From the IMG/VR virus record IMGVR_UViG_3300032330_000770, positions 1 through 24,930 of that record: a DNA stretch of 24,930 nucleotides, one strand, 5' to 3'. The notes below the pieces were generated by a model that was not told the origin of the DNA, ran no database searches, and worked only from the letters and a program-made list of their open reading frames with translations. This stretch comes from a virus. Taxonomy: Duplodnaviria > Caudoviricetes. This document shows, piece after piece, positions 23,938 through 24,930 of the stretch. Position 1 is the first letter of the stretch, and every line of letters begins with the position of its first letter. Position numbers and translations under genes: made by a program.

Positions 23938-24860
23938 CATATCTTTGGGTAGAAAAATATCGTCCTAATACAATTAATGAATATGTCTTCCGTGATGAAG
24001 GACAGAAACAACAGATTGAAAGTTGGATCAAACAGAAAGAAATTCCGCATCTACTATTCAGTGGATCTGCTGGCATTGGTAAGACGACACTTGCTAAGAT
24101 ACTCTGCAATGAACTAGATATCAACGAATATGATATTATGTTCTCGAATGGATCTAAGGAAGGCCGTAAGATTGAATGGGTTGATAAGTTAATCTCATTC
24201 TGTCAAACTATTCCATTTGGTGCGTTCAAGGTTGTTATCATTGACGAAGCTGACTTCCTCAATCCTATGAGTGTACAACCCGCATTGCGTAATCTAATGG
24301 AAGATTATAGTAGCACTGTGCGATTCATCTTAACTTGTAACTATCCCCAGAAGATTATTCCAGCACTACACAGTCGCTGTCAGGGCTTCCATATTGAAAC
24401 AGTTGATAGGGAAGAGTTTACTGCCCGTGTAGCAACTATCCTCATTAAGGAATCAATTGATCTAGATTTAGATACGCTAGACACATATGTAAAGGCAACT
24501 TATCCTGATTTAAGGAAGTGTATTAATTCAGTACAGATGAATTCTGGAACTGGAGTTCTACTACCTCCAAACAAGAGCGATAAGAACGAAGCCGATTGGC
24601 GCTTAGACATGGTTACTATGTTTAAGGCAGGTAAGATTAACGATGCCCGAAAGATGATCTGTAAGGCTGCTCGTCCTGAGGAGATGGAGGATATCTATCG
24701 TTGGCTTTATGACAACTTAGATTTAATTAGCGAACATGAAGCGATACAGGATAAGGCTATCCTAGTAATCAAGCAAGGGCTAGTTGATCATACGTTAGTT
24801 GCTGATCCAGAGATTAATTTGGCTGCTACGCTTATACGCATAGCAGCCCTTACAGCCTAA
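23934..24860 (+). CDS. Clamp loader ATPase subunit (RFC small subunit / T4 gp44-like)
   Basis: LWVEKYRP, Walker A GSAGIGKTT, Walker B IIDEAD, RFILTCNY, SRC and YPDLRKCIN. TTG start with GGAG SD and TTGA overlap. Confidence 0.93.
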   Translation: MTYLWVEKYRPNTINEYVFRDEGQKQQIESWIKQKEIPHLLFSGSAGIGKTTLAKILCNELDINEYDIMFSNGSKEGRKIEWVDKLISFCQTIPFGAFKVVIIDEADFLNPMSVQPALRNLMEDYSSTVRFILTCNYPQKIIPALHSRCQGFHIETVDREEFTARVATILIKESIDLDLDTLDTYVKATYPDLRKCINSVQMNSGTGVLLPPNKSDKNEADWRLDMVTMFKAGKINDARKMICKAARPEEMEDIYRWLYDNLDLISEHEAIQDKAILVIKQGLVDHTLVADPEINLAATLIRIAALTA

Positions 24861-24928
24861 TCGCCGTAAATTTCTAATATCTCCTTGACAGCAGGATGTC
24901 GTTCGATGTCCTTCTGTCCAAAGTTGAC
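24857..24928 (-). CDS. phoH: C-terminal 23 residues of a PhoH-family ATPase (gene continues beyond the window)
   Basis: Minus strand reads VNFGQKDIERHPAVKEILEIYGD*, matching the PhoH C-terminal pattern F...D..RHP.V..IL..Y. The stop overlaps the clamp-loader stop. Confidence 0.75.
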   Translation of the reverse strand, partial: VNFGQKDIERHPAVKEILEIYGD

Positions 24929-24930
24929 TA

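Noticed and set aside
1-24930. tRNA, rRNA or intrinsic terminators
   Set aside because: Intergenic gaps are all under about 90 nt, and no cloverleaf or GC-rich stem with a poly-T tail was seen by eye.

Overview
This window comes from a large, AT-rich, T4-like/jumbo-type tailed phage. Almost all genes are on the + strand and most are translationally coupled. From left to right it holds: a 5'-truncated UvsE UV-damage endonuclease; a small minus-strand membrane protein; an A-type Fe-S carrier (IscA/SufA/HesB); a ~18.7 kb virion baseplate/fibre block; conserved hypotheticals; a DnaE (Pol III alpha) fragment that stops just before the catalytic aspartates; GroES; a MazG-like NTP pyrophosphatase; a small membrane protein; an AT-rich methyltransferase; an RFC/gp44-type clamp loader; and the 3' end of a convergent phoH. 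The virion block has two proteins with a T4 gp9/gp10-like N-terminus, two Mtd-N/GYTGS collagen-like proteins flanking two paralogous ~900-aa subtilisin-family proteases, and a YHYH/Ig-repeat protein. The most notable observations are: (1) exact 23-27 bp direct repeats that copy stop/RBS/start gene junctions around the methyltransferase and the proteases, with no mobility gene in the window; (2) a 54-aa chimeric scar ORF between the proteases; (3) a possible modular fibre-mounted protease apparatus made of DGG motifs, Mtd-N stalks and S8 proteases with nested hypervariable inserts; (4) an apparently split, intein-less DnaE. All family assignments come from motif recognition by eye; no searches were run.
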